IMG/VR virus record: IMGVR_UViG_3300007622_000007
Span: 1 to 41,480 of that record
Source: a virus
Lineage: Duplodnaviria > Caudoviricetes
Length of the DNA: 41,480 nt
Reading direction: 5' to 3' (one strand)
Position 1 is the stretch's first letter. Every line of letters starts with the position of its first letter. Below the pieces are notes generated by a model. The model was not told the DNA's origin, made no database searches, and saw nothing but the letters and a program-made list of their open reading frames with translations. Made by a program: the position numbers and the translations under genes. This document shows, in pieces, positions 33,601 through 40,847 of this stretch.

Positions 33601-35076
33601 ATTGGTCTATCTTTTGTTTTTGAACTTTTGAAAAAAGTTGGGTCTTTTGTTGCTGATGTGTTTATGAAAATTTGGGAAAATATTGGGCCAATTATTTCTT
33701 CAGTTTTTGATGGCCTAAAGTCTGCTCTATCTTTTGTTTTTGAATTGATTGTAGGCTTAGCTGATTACATTGCTACTGGGTTTGTTGAAATTTGGAATAT
33801 ATTAAAAGAAACTATTAAGACTGTCTTTGATGTAATTATGTGGGGCTGGTCTATTGTTGGCCCTATTCTTGGTAAAATGTGGACTGTTGTTAAGGAATCT
33901 ATAGTATTTTATTTTGAATTACTAAAGGCTGTTATTGGAAAAGTTTGGGATGCTATTAAGATTGGTTGGTCTTTTGTTGGTCCTATTCTTGATAAGCTTT
34001 GGACTGTTATTAAAGATGGGGCAGTGTTTTATTTTGAAGCGCTAAAAAACATTATTGGAAAAGTTTGGGATGCTATTACGCTTGGCTGGTCTTTTGTTGG
34101 CCCTATTCTTGATAAGCTTTGGACTGCTGTTAAAGACGGAGCGGTGTTCTATTTTGATCTGCTAGTAGCTGTTATTGGGAAAGTTTGGGATGCTGTCCAA
34201 TTTATTTGGGAAAAAATTCAACCTGTTTTGCAAATTTTTGGCGATTTTATTAAATCAACTATTGGTAAAGCTTTGGATGGGGTTATTGCTGGCTGGGGAA
34301 TGCTTAAAGACGCATTTTCTACAGTTTATGATTTTGTTGTTCCGAAAGTTAGAGGCCTAGGTGAGATAATCAAAGATGTATTTGGTGGGGCTATAGATTT
34401 TGTTAAAACAGCTTTTGGCAAAATTCCTGAAGCTTTCAAAGGGTCATTGAATTTTGTAATAAGGGCAATAAACAAAGTAACAGGTTTTAAATTTACAATG
34501 CCTGATTGGATAAAGTATCTCGGCATGGGTTCTATAGCTGGGAAAACTTACAGTTTTAGAGATGTAATTCCAGCTATAGATGAATTATATAGCGGAGGCA
34601 TGGTTAAGGGCTATATGGGTGGAGGCATGGTCAAGGGCTATATGAGCGGAGGAGAAATGTCAGGTTATGCCGCAGGCGGGTTTACTAAAGGCCCGCCTCA
34701 ACAAGGTATACCTGCAATACTCCATGGTGGGGAATATGTAATTAATCATAAAGCAGTTCAAAGAATTGGTACAGATACTTTGCAACAAATAAATTCAATG
34801 AAACTTTCTAAGCCTAATTTTCCTAAGATGCCATCTGTTCCTTCTGTGAATATGCCCAATATGAAAATTATGAACAACACATACTCGCAACAGCCAGCAC
34901 AATCTAGCTCTACAGAAAACATCAATATATTTGTTGACAATTTTATTGGTGAGGCTGATTGGTTTAATTCAATGATGAGTGAATATAATGTTAAAATTCT
35001 GCCGAGAAAACAAAAAGCAGCAGGTCTTGAAAAAAGGGTTATATCAACTTATAATGGTTTAAATAGGGGCAATTAA
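21622..35076 (+). CDS. Tape measure protein (4,484 aa)
   Basis: Follows the chaperones. N-terminal TMP-type domain (AGDFAELG...SANSVKVSLQRM...RMFGVRQGPR), hydrophobic helices, W/F-periodic repeats, C-terminal YAAGG..PAILHGGEYVIN.KAV. Confidence 0.92.
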   Translation: MSDISGSDESIRINAVVTDNATSATAIIANELNNLANSIASLASRQVSLGNSTSALNKALGLTTTGAVNASKVTFSLSKNNNLLAASIEQARKSLALLNKEYSNLNRAASGSAKFNQAFAQTTGHLNSAISAQSSFSRLIRGNELINYGKKVSGLGTAAQQSGYLFTRNFSAPIIMGLREAFFQFSKLETQNVRITKLLNDNFMSTVDANGKFVSSQVQARAAVDMLGKSLDKITAKWGVSRVLVQSIAGDFAELGIGISNSTIESEQMLYNLTAMTAEMEKLGNLDITASQEFVSAMYQNILAVRRELGRSVQVNDAQVAAEIGAELRGQMAMFNIVENKTVMSLRNIAEAFPEVSAAATMFGLNMTEAIAMVVPMIATGFQVGASANSVKVSLQRMVAQTKQNTQIIAGLNEELGPNFKYAAGIGIENLNDLTNSFLALEKAKGKQGTLELASRMFGVRQGPRMATTLNQMGQFQESLKGPGQDQSKGYASGIVTEEYKIAQALERNVNLRLKSAGLEQITVRSIEDIGKLHRGANEQISATNSSLTRRAALIKQGQIDAQSELQKIALANGKSIDFISETATEFSKVYLSMGFDVENYAAKITEQELELSRNTPKVRYDSLKASIVAMGVAIVPIIDDLVKFVLPFFQKFAKAIQDMPTYVKKVVGAFMLLMAVTGPLTLAFGTVRVLFGGVVQALGRLTLGFGKARVSAVSLMDIINNPNLLRGAKAVTQLPGSQGFLVQGSSRASRLPFGLGGKRPLDVSGLDSSSLDVLRQSNILPNQSRSTLASPMGMAKKFLRDRREQAPSTSELLSTLMSNESTKAKTAAEAAKKITDSVEKSSAKGVKTLADGTKGALSKVAKTIGSIFQNNTFVGNTFTGGTGGKFGPGGKGIGPSSPSTGGTSPRGPPKQTADKNRPAIPVNPSKELTPGSQVLPQLGPRGLPVNKLPSSMNLDELIERRTELLKSLTNPNVDAGFQNWNKASLKTVNDLIAAKNKLASIPAPTAPVVLPSGKTLPKTPALPVFKPQEIINKSVSKPVFNIPMGGSGVLGKVSSASQLMALAGVLESSKKDLVEITGKEIAGFYTSFGRAIPEELKDISNLAGGKTFKIPAPTKASIIKNISEGGNLVSKMTVGKGKKAVEEIVALSQKANAIGKLGVPTGIFDGSKQSAGDVRELFANITSQMYPTQTVDDIMEVFNEGQSGKMLPKTNLGLGSNKTIPGKLTLTEFERIVNSRLAQDAEVGLVEKNLNQLLKERQTISDRVKKGKDLSTSQALLMAPDAVTGTAIDTQIRGLESELKQTTEVRRTRIESAIRNAESSGARSITAREGYDLATERAKNEVKPLGGEIAKTKKLPGAATNPDIAKKIQQLEAEKAKRFSEALDRNLLRVAQEHRLTAEELAESAKVVSDREIKKTGRGTSSAPIKRYKAKFDKDGKLIGQTPLTAKQAAAAELREKKVLTLRRLSTTPNPSAELMGDYMRDFGGTEEDLKKEIENFKKADTARKTAQRRMDEVDAQREADKGAPKKRKPKQTSTMLSKASKARQEAKEEAELLAQETKKASKRAVKKADDVAVKLRTDVQKAADIEKIIKQKEEYQRGVTARDALRASKSNRGVRVRRGTIPMGTGEPTPLIASPKRGIVEQRDLIKAEIRKTKYNIKRLAKEAIETAKSAETFNALNGITETIDHSQTQVNKDLRRAQTKLTNLNRRLKAVSPAASQSTARTVPRPRRPNIAFMVPAGDSVPVSGGIPGFDKGPGGILNPVSSMVDSTKRQVVTYKELMLRAINDFEVSAKGNPKEIKAIAAMMRSTLNDVPGAMSGLINSLVPAEQIDEVMKSLKLELDGVNKKTKQSLSKMQKGAAHRFKNIKKMFADDSGAVYGSLDAKTSKGVSSFGEAARAGNMAKQSATAKSIAPYALADVYAKSVRNLGYNAMDASGKAASGVAEMNVGATEASATKYKVQQLLKTKNMKTGAKYSLEELLAESKISQSAADLFKGDISTIQKPIEELNKAAESTKEVITGAAEKIDTVGENLDEAAEAISKAAEVPVIDKPEVSPKTPGVSSTPTVPGPIVGAPLVTGDIPVNTEIGEIDNRILKLKEKIAKNEEKLLNILPTSKAQAIVLEEARILSLTEQKAAALAEGKDSKARLIGRQITESNKRLKSLNNEKEALERATKDLITKDNKTLKDLNTARAKALKAAQATAATSTAGSAGKSVGKQAAQVGTAGAAAGVVAAASDGGLVGTLVNTLDEFELEIDSALANIFKGPNLFIGPNKFISNDFINAKSVKIKDLAKGGGGSGSPVGGGSGFRKVKMGPGGVVSEATSSVDDVARSVKSPLATIKERDRILKPSLGQRKLPIIDGHTPRAPLPINKDLLARLDVRKAQKAAAASAVADPITPAVKSISKKIMDGGSKIGSSLLKVSKSVSQAAFEISKTALSNLSSGAGKIGKGAARTIIDNQKLIKPANVYKGFDMISQARSKASSGILGSVSPSLMKALTGSISEMGRVSAQTAKIMSGQLLLSIKEINSSMQSSKIIKLWTTMLFAGTNKIIPSLRAATSAIFKMDLSQRKAAVSAALLHKANTKGSALSFGSKMLTGLNAFTGASGLAIGAIGGIRKAVVGLVVTFLKFNALAMLVAPIVLLIVGMFSSIKSSGAKTAVAMDKIKQAFALVKEAIITLANPIMDMVQAFGGFTRLGLQEQGQKTSGALTTLAEMIRRVASAFNSFAKSSGVQYVAKVMVPVLTRIINRFILLGRAIGDAFRGNGVSAMKNMKALMLSIVYEAFAVVKKLMSFIANLLISNSKMVGDFIATVVDNSIKMFIAIAAKLRELALFVGSVLVGMGVAAGVVFAPAGVALATMGSSLLAFGAGTFVAEKAFDRFGKSIKTGVANVSGKIVKGIGGAFGAAAILSQKAQDKLNKSYEKITGKGINLPIARLFADPNQVAKEIKDSVVKAAPDAQAGGEGIGSAIAKGIKNKLLEMKTNWTEKFFGNLDQEFDKISGKIKKQLDKQKENALDGYDDMISGIEALAEAEEKLTKKIDYEEKRREMIRDRSVDAENYIRERKLAIYEGRYEDARRMDGEERKAKLSAAKELKDLDQSFNRDLQAEQREIAKNIIENEKKIVEEKFDLLMENFDDQVDILKKTGFATQEEFKKALNSIGDLGLDFHNNMTKTFSDSMKSLPTAISSMRDGAIPMFDTEMSTLVDIAAKKFGASANVKDPSSILGAAYFMANGMSDAFKTAFDSSLITQYMQPTMTALTDLAKKTLSDTDPEGFVSLWKKAGKLAALEMINELKRSIAALKGEIFDEFAKIFEDLFKELESLSIIEATLRVKRERETGGGGDGEKTPGASSPKLDEKSIRPRVPEGFTTADTYLAKLGLNNMPINFEIPDVKPMNVVLELIKDIWNGMSNVGKAITGFIGAIGGVLLAVGIFKQLLIIVEAVKFAFFAIQYYLYAAFGAAAGTIAAVVLAIGAVIGALVWAYFRFEKFRDLVNASASVIWDSIVYVWDAAWAAVSGFVSGTLDYLKNLWSSIKGFASEAWNSIKGITMDTIGKIISFFVDGFNALKDNIAGFAESFSDFTKKVVGAVVDAVKTIAAPIMEFLNKIVTGIGIVIGVVIGAIVGFVGGLIVIIVNIFDKIKGPLFSITGFIIDVFAKLFDILGPIMEFGIKIIAAILASPFKILNKIIDIAVGAIKISLGIVVGAFGIVASAVGSFIGAIVTVFTAITTNPVFVWIRDFLFRVLMLGIFLVAISLQNTFKLLVSLFTGIIKVMKPVGEFIVGVLVGAFEVLKTVISKIGDGVSYAFNFIFDIVKNVFDKIYSIVSNFVSWWNDNVGSLWLLLITPFVVLYESLKRLFSFIGDNLGPVLSAVWDGFKTALSFVFDLVKGFAEYIAGGFVGIWNALKTILSVVWDGLKIGLSFVFDLITKLAGYIATGFISIWNSLKTVLSAVWDGFKIALSFVWTLIKGLAGYIAGGFIGIWNVLKIVLSAVWDGLKIGLSFVFELLKKVGSFVADVFMKIWENIGPIISSVFDGLKSALSFVFELIVGLADYIATGFVEIWNILKETIKTVFDVIMWGWSIVGPILGKMWTVVKESIVFYFELLKAVIGKVWDAIKIGWSFVGPILDKLWTVIKDGAVFYFEALKNIIGKVWDAITLGWSFVGPILDKLWTAVKDGAVFYFDLLVAVIGKVWDAVQFIWEKIQPVLQIFGDFIKSTIGKALDGVIAGWGMLKDAFSTVYDFVVPKVRGLGEIIKDVFGGAIDFVKTAFGKIPEAFKGSLNFVIRAINKVTGFKFTMPDWIKYLGMGSIAGKTYSFRDVIPAIDELYSGGMVKGYMGGGMVKGYMSGGEMSGYAAGGFTKGPPQQGIPAILHGGEYVINHKAVQRIGTDTLQQINSMKLSKPNFPKMPSVPSVNMPNMKIMNNTYSQQPAQSSSTENINIFVDNFIGEADWFNSMMSEYNVKILPRKQKAAGLEKRVISTYNGLNRGN
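33226..34200 (+). repeat. 120-bp (40-aa) tandem repeats in the TMP, two families
   Basis: TGGGATGG units at 33226, 33346, 33466, 33586 and a variant at 33706. A second family (GWS.VGPIL.K.WT) starts at 33841, 33961, 34081. Confidence 0.9.
34594..34644 (+). repeat. 27-bp-period duplication (GGMVKGYM x2)
   Basis: GGAGGCATGGTTAAGGGCTATATG at 34594 and GGAGGCATGGTCAAGGGCTATATG at 34621. Confidence 0.85.
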
Positions 35077-35471
35077 TGTCTATTGTAAACTTAATCACAA
35101 TCAATGGAGAACCGGTAACAGAGCATAATCGTGCTTTTTCTTCATCAGAAATAATGACTGTTAATGATATTGATTTGGCAAGTGGATTAAGAAGAAGGTT
35201 TTACAAAGATAATAAAAAACAATTTCAATTTAATTGGAAATATTTACCGAATAAACAATCTAAAACAATTGATAATCGTAAATCTCAAGAATATTTATTT
35301 AATATTAGCAACATTCGCGGAACAGTTACGATGTTGATACAAACCTTACCAAACGGGTCTTATGATCAATTTACATGCTATGTTGACTCGTATTCTGAAA
35401 CTTTAATTAGAAGAGATTTTTCATCTCAATGTTCTTATTATGATGTCTCCTTAACCCTGGTGGAGGCTTAA
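35076..35471 (+). CDS. Distal tail (Dit-like) protein
   Basis: Directly after the TMP. LASG..RRFY...KK.F.F.W.YLP...TID...YDVSLTL.E. Confidence 0.7.
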   Translation: MSIVNLITINGEPVTEHNRAFSSSEIMTVNDIDLASGLRRRFYKDNKKQFQFNWKYLPNKQSKTIDNRKSQEYLFNISNIRGTVTMLIQTLPNGSYDQFTCYVDSYSETLIRRDFSSQCSYYDVSLTLVEA

Positions 35472-35472
35472 T

Positions 35473-36807
35473 ATGCCATTTAGTTATTTTGGCATAACTG
35501 AACCGCTTAATAGTGGTTACGACTTTTATACAGCAGATCTTGCAATAAATGTAGAAGCGTCTTTGTCTGCCAGTTTAAATGTTGCATCTGTTCCTTTCAC
35601 TAAGATTTCCTTTGCTTCTGTAAGTATTTCTAATATTCTTTCTACAAGCCTAAATGCTGTCTTTGAAAGACAAGACGGTTCTGTGGTGATGTCTGCTTCG
35701 GCAACAGTGAATGTTAGTATGTACAAGCAAGCCTACGCTTCTTCAATTGTTTCGGCAAGTGCAAACATTAATTCTTCAGCAATAAAGATTTCTTTTGCTC
35801 AAGCAAGCCTGTCATCTTCTTTGAATTTGGCTATACCAATGCTTGGAATAAGGTTGTCTTCTTCGGCTATGTCTGCTTCGGCAACAGTTCTTGTAGATAC
35901 TGTAAAAATTGCATTTGCATCGGCATCTATATCAAATATTTTAGATGTCAATCTTGTTGCTGTTTTTGAAAGACAAGATGGATCTGTTGCAATATCTGCA
36001 ACAACAAATGTTGTGTGCGGTATTACAAAGATAGCATACGCTTCACCTGATGTTTCATTAAGCGCTATGGGGGCAGCTCTGACTGTTGACGCTGAAAAGA
36101 TTGCAATATCTGGGTCTTCTATTGGTAGTTCATTAAATGTTAATAATGTTTCAATTCTTAAAACTTCTAAGGCTAGTTCTGCAATTAATGTGTCAGCAAA
36201 TTTGAATTCAAGTATAGTCAGAATAGCTAAAATTTCTGCGGCTCTTTCGGCCAATGTTAACTTGTCTATTCTCGGCAAAATTGTTCTTTTAACTATTCGC
36301 ATTAATATGTTAAATAATCTTAACCTTATACCAAGAATAGTAAGGTATGAGCCTCAATCTGGGGGAGTAGAGTCTCTTGATACTCAAGAGATAAGAACTT
36401 TGTTGTCTATAGACAATCGTGTAATAACTGGTCATAACCGGCAATTCCAGTCCTCACTTGAGCCTGTTTTTATTGAAAATAAAAATGTTAACAATATTAG
36501 GTCAAGATATTACAAATCCACAACAAGAGCAAGTAGGAGAACCTTTGTTTTGTCATGGTCTTTTTTGCCAAACAGTAAAGAAAAAACCGTTGATGACCGA
36601 TGGGCTCGGGATTATATATCGTCAGTAGCTAACGACCCAGATTACCATGTTTTAAAAATTACAAATATGGATTCTTCAGGGCTTACTCCGGCTTCAGAAA
36701 CAAGTTATAATGTATTAGTAACGGATTACAGCGAAACTTTAATTAGAAGAGATATTGCTGATAATTCTTATTATTGGGATTGCTCAATAACTCTAGGAGA
36801 AATTTAA
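35473..36807 (+). CDS. Ser/Ala-rich repeat protein with a C-terminal Dit-like domain
   Basis: About 290 aa of S/A/V/I repeats, then a domain paralogous to 35076-35471 (HNR.F, F.LSW.FLPN...TVD, YSETLIRRD). Confidence 0.65.
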   Translation: MPFSYFGITEPLNSGYDFYTADLAINVEASLSASLNVASVPFTKISFASVSISNILSTSLNAVFERQDGSVVMSASATVNVSMYKQAYASSIVSASANINSSAIKISFAQASLSSSLNLAIPMLGIRLSSSAMSASATVLVDTVKIAFASASISNILDVNLVAVFERQDGSVAISATTNVVCGITKIAYASPDVSLSAMGAALTVDAEKIAISGSSIGSSLNVNNVSILKTSKASSAINVSANLNSSIVRIAKISAALSANVNLSILGKIVLLTIRINMLNNLNLIPRIVRYEPQSGGVESLDTQEIRTLLSIDNRVITGHNRQFQSSLEPVFIENKNVNNIRSRYYKSTTRASRRTFVLSWSFLPNSKEKTVDDRWARDYISSVANDPDYHVLKITNMDSSGLTPASETSYNVLVTDYSETLIRRDIADNSYYWDCSITLGEI

Positions 36808-39800
36808 TGCTAACTCATGGATTGTATGGTAAACCAATTTCTAATACTTTTATAGAAAAAACTTCGGCTATTTCTCAAAAAATTAAACCATTAGTTATTG
36901 CTCATTGGTTGGATAGTAGGCATATTGATAAGGTTGATGCAAACACAGAAATAGCTTCAAGTAATGCTACTTTTCAAATACCATCTTCTAACGACATCGT
37001 TAATGAGTCTTATCAGATGCTTTCTGAAAACAGATCTCTTTCTGATAATGAAATAACTTTTAATAAAGCAAAAAGGGCTAATTTTTATTTTACCCCAAAT
37101 GAATCAATTAATGGAATAGAGAGGGAATCTTTCCCTTGGGCTGTTGCTGGCGCAAAAGATGTCTACGGGAATATCATTACGGCTAATGGGAATTGGCATT
37201 GTATGCCAACATCTAGTACTTCAAAAAATAATTCTTTTGATTTAGATGATAATTTTGAATTCGGGTTTTGGTCATCTACGAAAAGTACTTCTAATCTTCA
37301 TGCAACAAAGCTTGGTTACGAGTTTGCTACCCCAGTAGTTTTGACTTATTTATTTACGGCAAGACCGATAAATGTTATTAAGATTATAACTTCAGAACAT
37401 TACGGTCAAATAAAATCATATAATGTAAAAGCTTATGTAAATACTTCAACTTTGGTTTTTGATCAAGATGGGGAGATACCAGAAGATAATTATTATTTAA
37501 CTCATTATCTTGAGGGGATATCTAATACATCTATTAATAAGATATTAGTAACAATATATACAACCAAAAATAAATTAGATAATGCTCGGGTTCAAGAAGT
37601 ATGCCCTATTTACGAAAAAGATATGACCGATTATGTAATTGATGTTAATGTCTCTAAAGTCAGAGATGTTCATGAAACAAGTCTTCCTATTGCTGGTGGA
37701 GGTTCTTCTACTGCATCTATCAATTTCAACAACAGTAATAAAGATTTTAATATATTTAGTTCCGGGTCCCAGTTTGGAAAATATATGAAGAAAGATTTAA
37801 GATTCTATGTATATGGCGGTTGGCAGATTGAAAAAACTGATGAATATGTTATATCAACTTTTTTAACAAATTCTATAAATGCTAATTCAAATACAATTCC
37901 GGCAGGCACAACATACGGTTTTCCAGACGGAGGCGGTAATAATAATTTTATACTAATAATTAACAAAGATACAGTTAATCGTGAATATGTTTTGTGTTCA
38001 AAAAGCACACCTTTTGTTTTTAATGTTATTCAAAGAGGCTATGGGGGCTCGGTAGCCAGATCTCATAGCGCAAATTCTACTGTACATTTTGATACTTTTG
38101 AGTATGTTCCTTACGGAGTATTTTACGTTGATGAGTGGCAAGCTTCTTCTTCTTCAATGACAGTAAGCGCTTCTTTGACTAATTGGAGTAAATTTTTGAA
38201 TGAAAAAACTTTTAATAAAGGATTTTTCTTACAAGATACAACTGTAGCTTTTGCGTCTAAAAATATTTTGATGAATGTTAATTTTCCTGAATCTGATGTT
38301 TCTTATTTATCAAAACCATCTGAATCTTATACAAAAAATAATGCAATATTGCATTATGGATTTAATGAAAATATTGTTGACAGGGACAATGCGACTAGGA
38401 CTATATCAAATTCTTTAAGGGCTAGATTTGTTGAAGTTACATCTAACGATTTAGTTGGGTTAAAAGATATATTGCTTGATGCTAACGATAAAGATTTAAG
38501 CATTATGGAGAAAGCTTTAGATATAAAATCTTATTTTACTCCTTCATTAACAACGACCTCTAACCAAATATCCACTCAAGATCAAGCCTACCCCGTTGCG
38601 TTGAATTTTACTACTGGAACTTTTACAAAAACTGCCGGTGGTTCTGTGTCCGAATCATATAACGGCGTTTTTGATGGGTTTTATGTTCCAGACACTTCGG
38701 GCAATCAAAGCATAATGATTTTGATAAATAGAGGAGGTGTTCGTGTTTATTTGGATAAAATTTTAATTATAAATGATTGGTATTCTATTGAATCTGGCTC
38801 CAATTCATTAGTCACCGTGGAGTCAGATAATTACAACCTGACGGCTGGAAAATCTTATGAATTAAGAATAGAGTTTTTTACTGGTACGCTTCAAACTGGA
38901 ACTCCTTTTCAGATTAAATTAAAAAGAAATGATAATGGCGGAATTGATTGGGTGTATTCTGATCAAACATACACAATGTCTGCCTTAGACCGAATAGGCT
39001 CTAGGTCAAATCAATCATATTTGTCTTTTAATAGTTCAACGGGCAGGTGGTCTGTTGTCCCTAGCCAAAATCAAATAGAAAGATCGGCTAGAAGGAATAA
39101 TGCTTTATATATTGGCACTCCAGTTTTGTCTCAACCTGGCGGTGTTGTTTCTGATGTTGATAACAAAAGTTTACTTCTTTCGTCAAATTCATATTTAAGA
39201 GTTCCTTATGATATATCATATGACATTTTTAATAGTAATTCTCACACATATACTGGTGATTTTACAATTTCTACATTTATAAAATTTAATCAGGGTTCTT
39301 TTTCAAATACTGGTGAATTTATCAGTAATTGGAGTAATGCGTCATCAAATTCTGGTTTTGAATTATTTTATAATTCTTCAATGCATGGTTTAAAAATGAT
39401 AACAAGTTCAGGTGTTCAGACAATTTCATCTAATACTGCGTTGTCAAATTCTGCTTTTACATTAATGTCATTTACGCTTGATGGTACTTCTTTAAAATAT
39501 TACATAAATGGTTCTTTATCCAATAGTATTACTATATCAGGTACTCCAGTTTCGTATTCTAATAAAGACCTTTGCATTGGTGGGCGTGGTGCTAAGTATG
39601 AATCTTCCAATGAAGTTGCACCTAGCGCAATTAGGGAATTTACAATTGATGAGTTTGCTATATTTAATAAAGCTTTAAATGCAGAACAAAATTTAAATAA
39701 TTATATAGAAACACAAATGCAACCAACAGATGTTTTTCCTTTTATATATGGAAATGACACCACTGCGCAAAGTATAATCAATGATATAAGTTTAGCTGAT

Positions 39801-40847
39801 CTTGGTCGCTTATATATTGATGAAAATCAAAAAGCAAAATATGAACATTTTAATAGATTTTTTGAATCCACTATAGATCAACATGCAAATGTGCAACAAA
39901 TATTTTCTGATACAACAAATATTATAGATGCTAGTTATAATGTTCAATTACAAACAAATAAAGTTGTTGTAAAAATTGCAGGAGTGACAAATAATTTAAT
40001 TGCTAGGCAATCTTTGTGGAGAGCTGAAGACCCAACATCTCTCGGTGTCGTTGAATTAACATCAAACATTACGAGTACGTCTAATTCTATTCCGGTAAGT
40101 ACGACTGATGATCCAACTTTTCCAAAATCAGGATATCTTAAAATTAATAACGAAATTGTAAAATATAGTAATACAACTAGTAATTCTTTTTTGACTGTTG
40201 AAAGAGCTCAATTTGACACAACAGCAGCATCTCATTCTGACGGAGCCCTTGTTAGAGAGGTTCGTAGTTTTGATATTAAGTTTGATAAGACACCAGCTTT
40301 TAGAGTTCAAAATCCATTGATAACAAATCTTAATGAGCCAGAGCCTGCTTTAATTGAAATGATTAAATATGAATCTAATCATTATGGTGCTAAATTGATT
40401 ATTGCTGCTTCAAACGCAACAACTTCTGGTTCACTTATTTATGTTGAGGGAGAAAACCCTGCGGATAATACAAAAGCTTTTGCGTCAATAGCCGGAATAC
40501 CAGTTGTTGTAACTGAAGCTAAAGGTGAAGTTTTAGAAAAAGTTGCAAAACTTAATGATAATATTAGAAAATATGGTCTTAAAGAATTAATTATTGAAAA
40601 CGAATTTATTACTAATTTAGAAAAAGCACAAAGAATAGCTAATTTTATTATTAATAAAATGAGTGATCCTGTACCTATTATAACTTTAAATATATTGCCA
40701 AACCCTAGAATACAATTAGGCGATAGAATAAAGATATCTTCAATGGATTCTTTTGATATAATTAATGGAGAGTATTGGGTTATCAGTACCGAGTGTGGGT
40801 TCTCCGACAGCCCATCGCAAAGCATTACTGTCAGGAAGGTGGTGTAG
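36807..40847 (+). CDS. Tail hub/tip protein with inserted PA14-like and LamG/ConA-like domains
   Basis: Start ATG 36807 (TAATG, AGGAGA). Hub motifs VPYGVFYVDEW and IRKYGLKEL.IENEFI...A..IA.FII...NPRIQLGDRI; PA14-like about 38660-38960; LamG-like about 39160-39710 (FTLDG..LKYYING, IDEFAIFNKAL). Confidence 0.75.
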   Translation: MLTHGLYGKPISNTFIEKTSAISQKIKPLVIAHWLDSRHIDKVDANTEIASSNATFQIPSSNDIVNESYQMLSENRSLSDNEITFNKAKRANFYFTPNESINGIERESFPWAVAGAKDVYGNIITANGNWHCMPTSSTSKNNSFDLDDNFEFGFWSSTKSTSNLHATKLGYEFATPVVLTYLFTARPINVIKIITSEHYGQIKSYNVKAYVNTSTLVFDQDGEIPEDNYYLTHYLEGISNTSINKILVTIYTTKNKLDNARVQEVCPIYEKDMTDYVIDVNVSKVRDVHETSLPIAGGGSSTASINFNNSNKDFNIFSSGSQFGKYMKKDLRFYVYGGWQIEKTDEYVISTFLTNSINANSNTIPAGTTYGFPDGGGNNNFILIINKDTVNREYVLCSKSTPFVFNVIQRGYGGSVARSHSANSTVHFDTFEYVPYGVFYVDEWQASSSSMTVSASLTNWSKFLNEKTFNKGFFLQDTTVAFASKNILMNVNFPESDVSYLSKPSESYTKNNAILHYGFNENIVDRDNATRTISNSLRARFVEVTSNDLVGLKDILLDANDKDLSIMEKALDIKSYFTPSLTTTSNQISTQDQAYPVALNFTTGTFTKTAGGSVSESYNGVFDGFYVPDTSGNQSIMILINRGGVRVYLDKILIINDWYSIESGSNSLVTVESDNYNLTAGKSYELRIEFFTGTLQTGTPFQIKLKRNDNGGIDWVYSDQTYTMSALDRIGSRSNQSYLSFNSSTGRWSVVPSQNQIERSARRNNALYIGTPVLSQPGGVVSDVDNKSLLLSSNSYLRVPYDISYDIFNSNSHTYTGDFTISTFIKFNQGSFSNTGEFISNWSNASSNSGFELFYNSSMHGLKMITSSGVQTISSNTALSNSAFTLMSFTLDGTSLKYYINGSLSNSITISGTPVSYSNKDLCIGGRGAKYESSNEVAPSAIREFTIDEFAIFNKALNAEQNLNNYIETQMQPTDVFPFIYGNDTTAQSIINDISLADLGRLYIDENQKAKYEHFNRFFESTIDQHANVQQIFSDTTNIIDASYNVQLQTNKVVVKIAGVTNNLIARQSLWRAEDPTSLGVVELTSNITSTSNSIPVSTTDDPTFPKSGYLKINNEIVKYSNTTSNSFLTVERAQFDTTAASHSDGALVREVRSFDIKFDKTPAFRVQNPLITNLNEPEPALIEMIKYESNHYGAKLIIAASNATTSGSLIYVEGENPADNTKAFASIAGIPVVVTEAKGEVLEKVAKLNDNIRKYGLKELIIENEFITNLEKAQRIANFIINKMSDPVPIITLNILPNPRIQLGDRIKISSMDSFDIINGEYWVISTECGFSDSPSQSITVRKVV

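Noticed and set aside
33226-34200. Possible CRISPR array or DGR template/variable repeat pair
   Set aside because: The repeats are in-frame coding units without unique spacers, differences are not adenine-specific, and no RT or cas gene is in the window.
23970-34940. Many minus-strand ORFs inside the TMP and other long genes
   Set aside because: Antisense shadows of codon bias with no recognisable motifs.
21622-35076. Intein or lytic enzyme domain explaining TMP length
   Set aside because: No Hint/LAGLIDADG, transglycosylase, NlpC/P60 or M23 motifs were recognised by eye. An HMM search is needed to exclude them fully.
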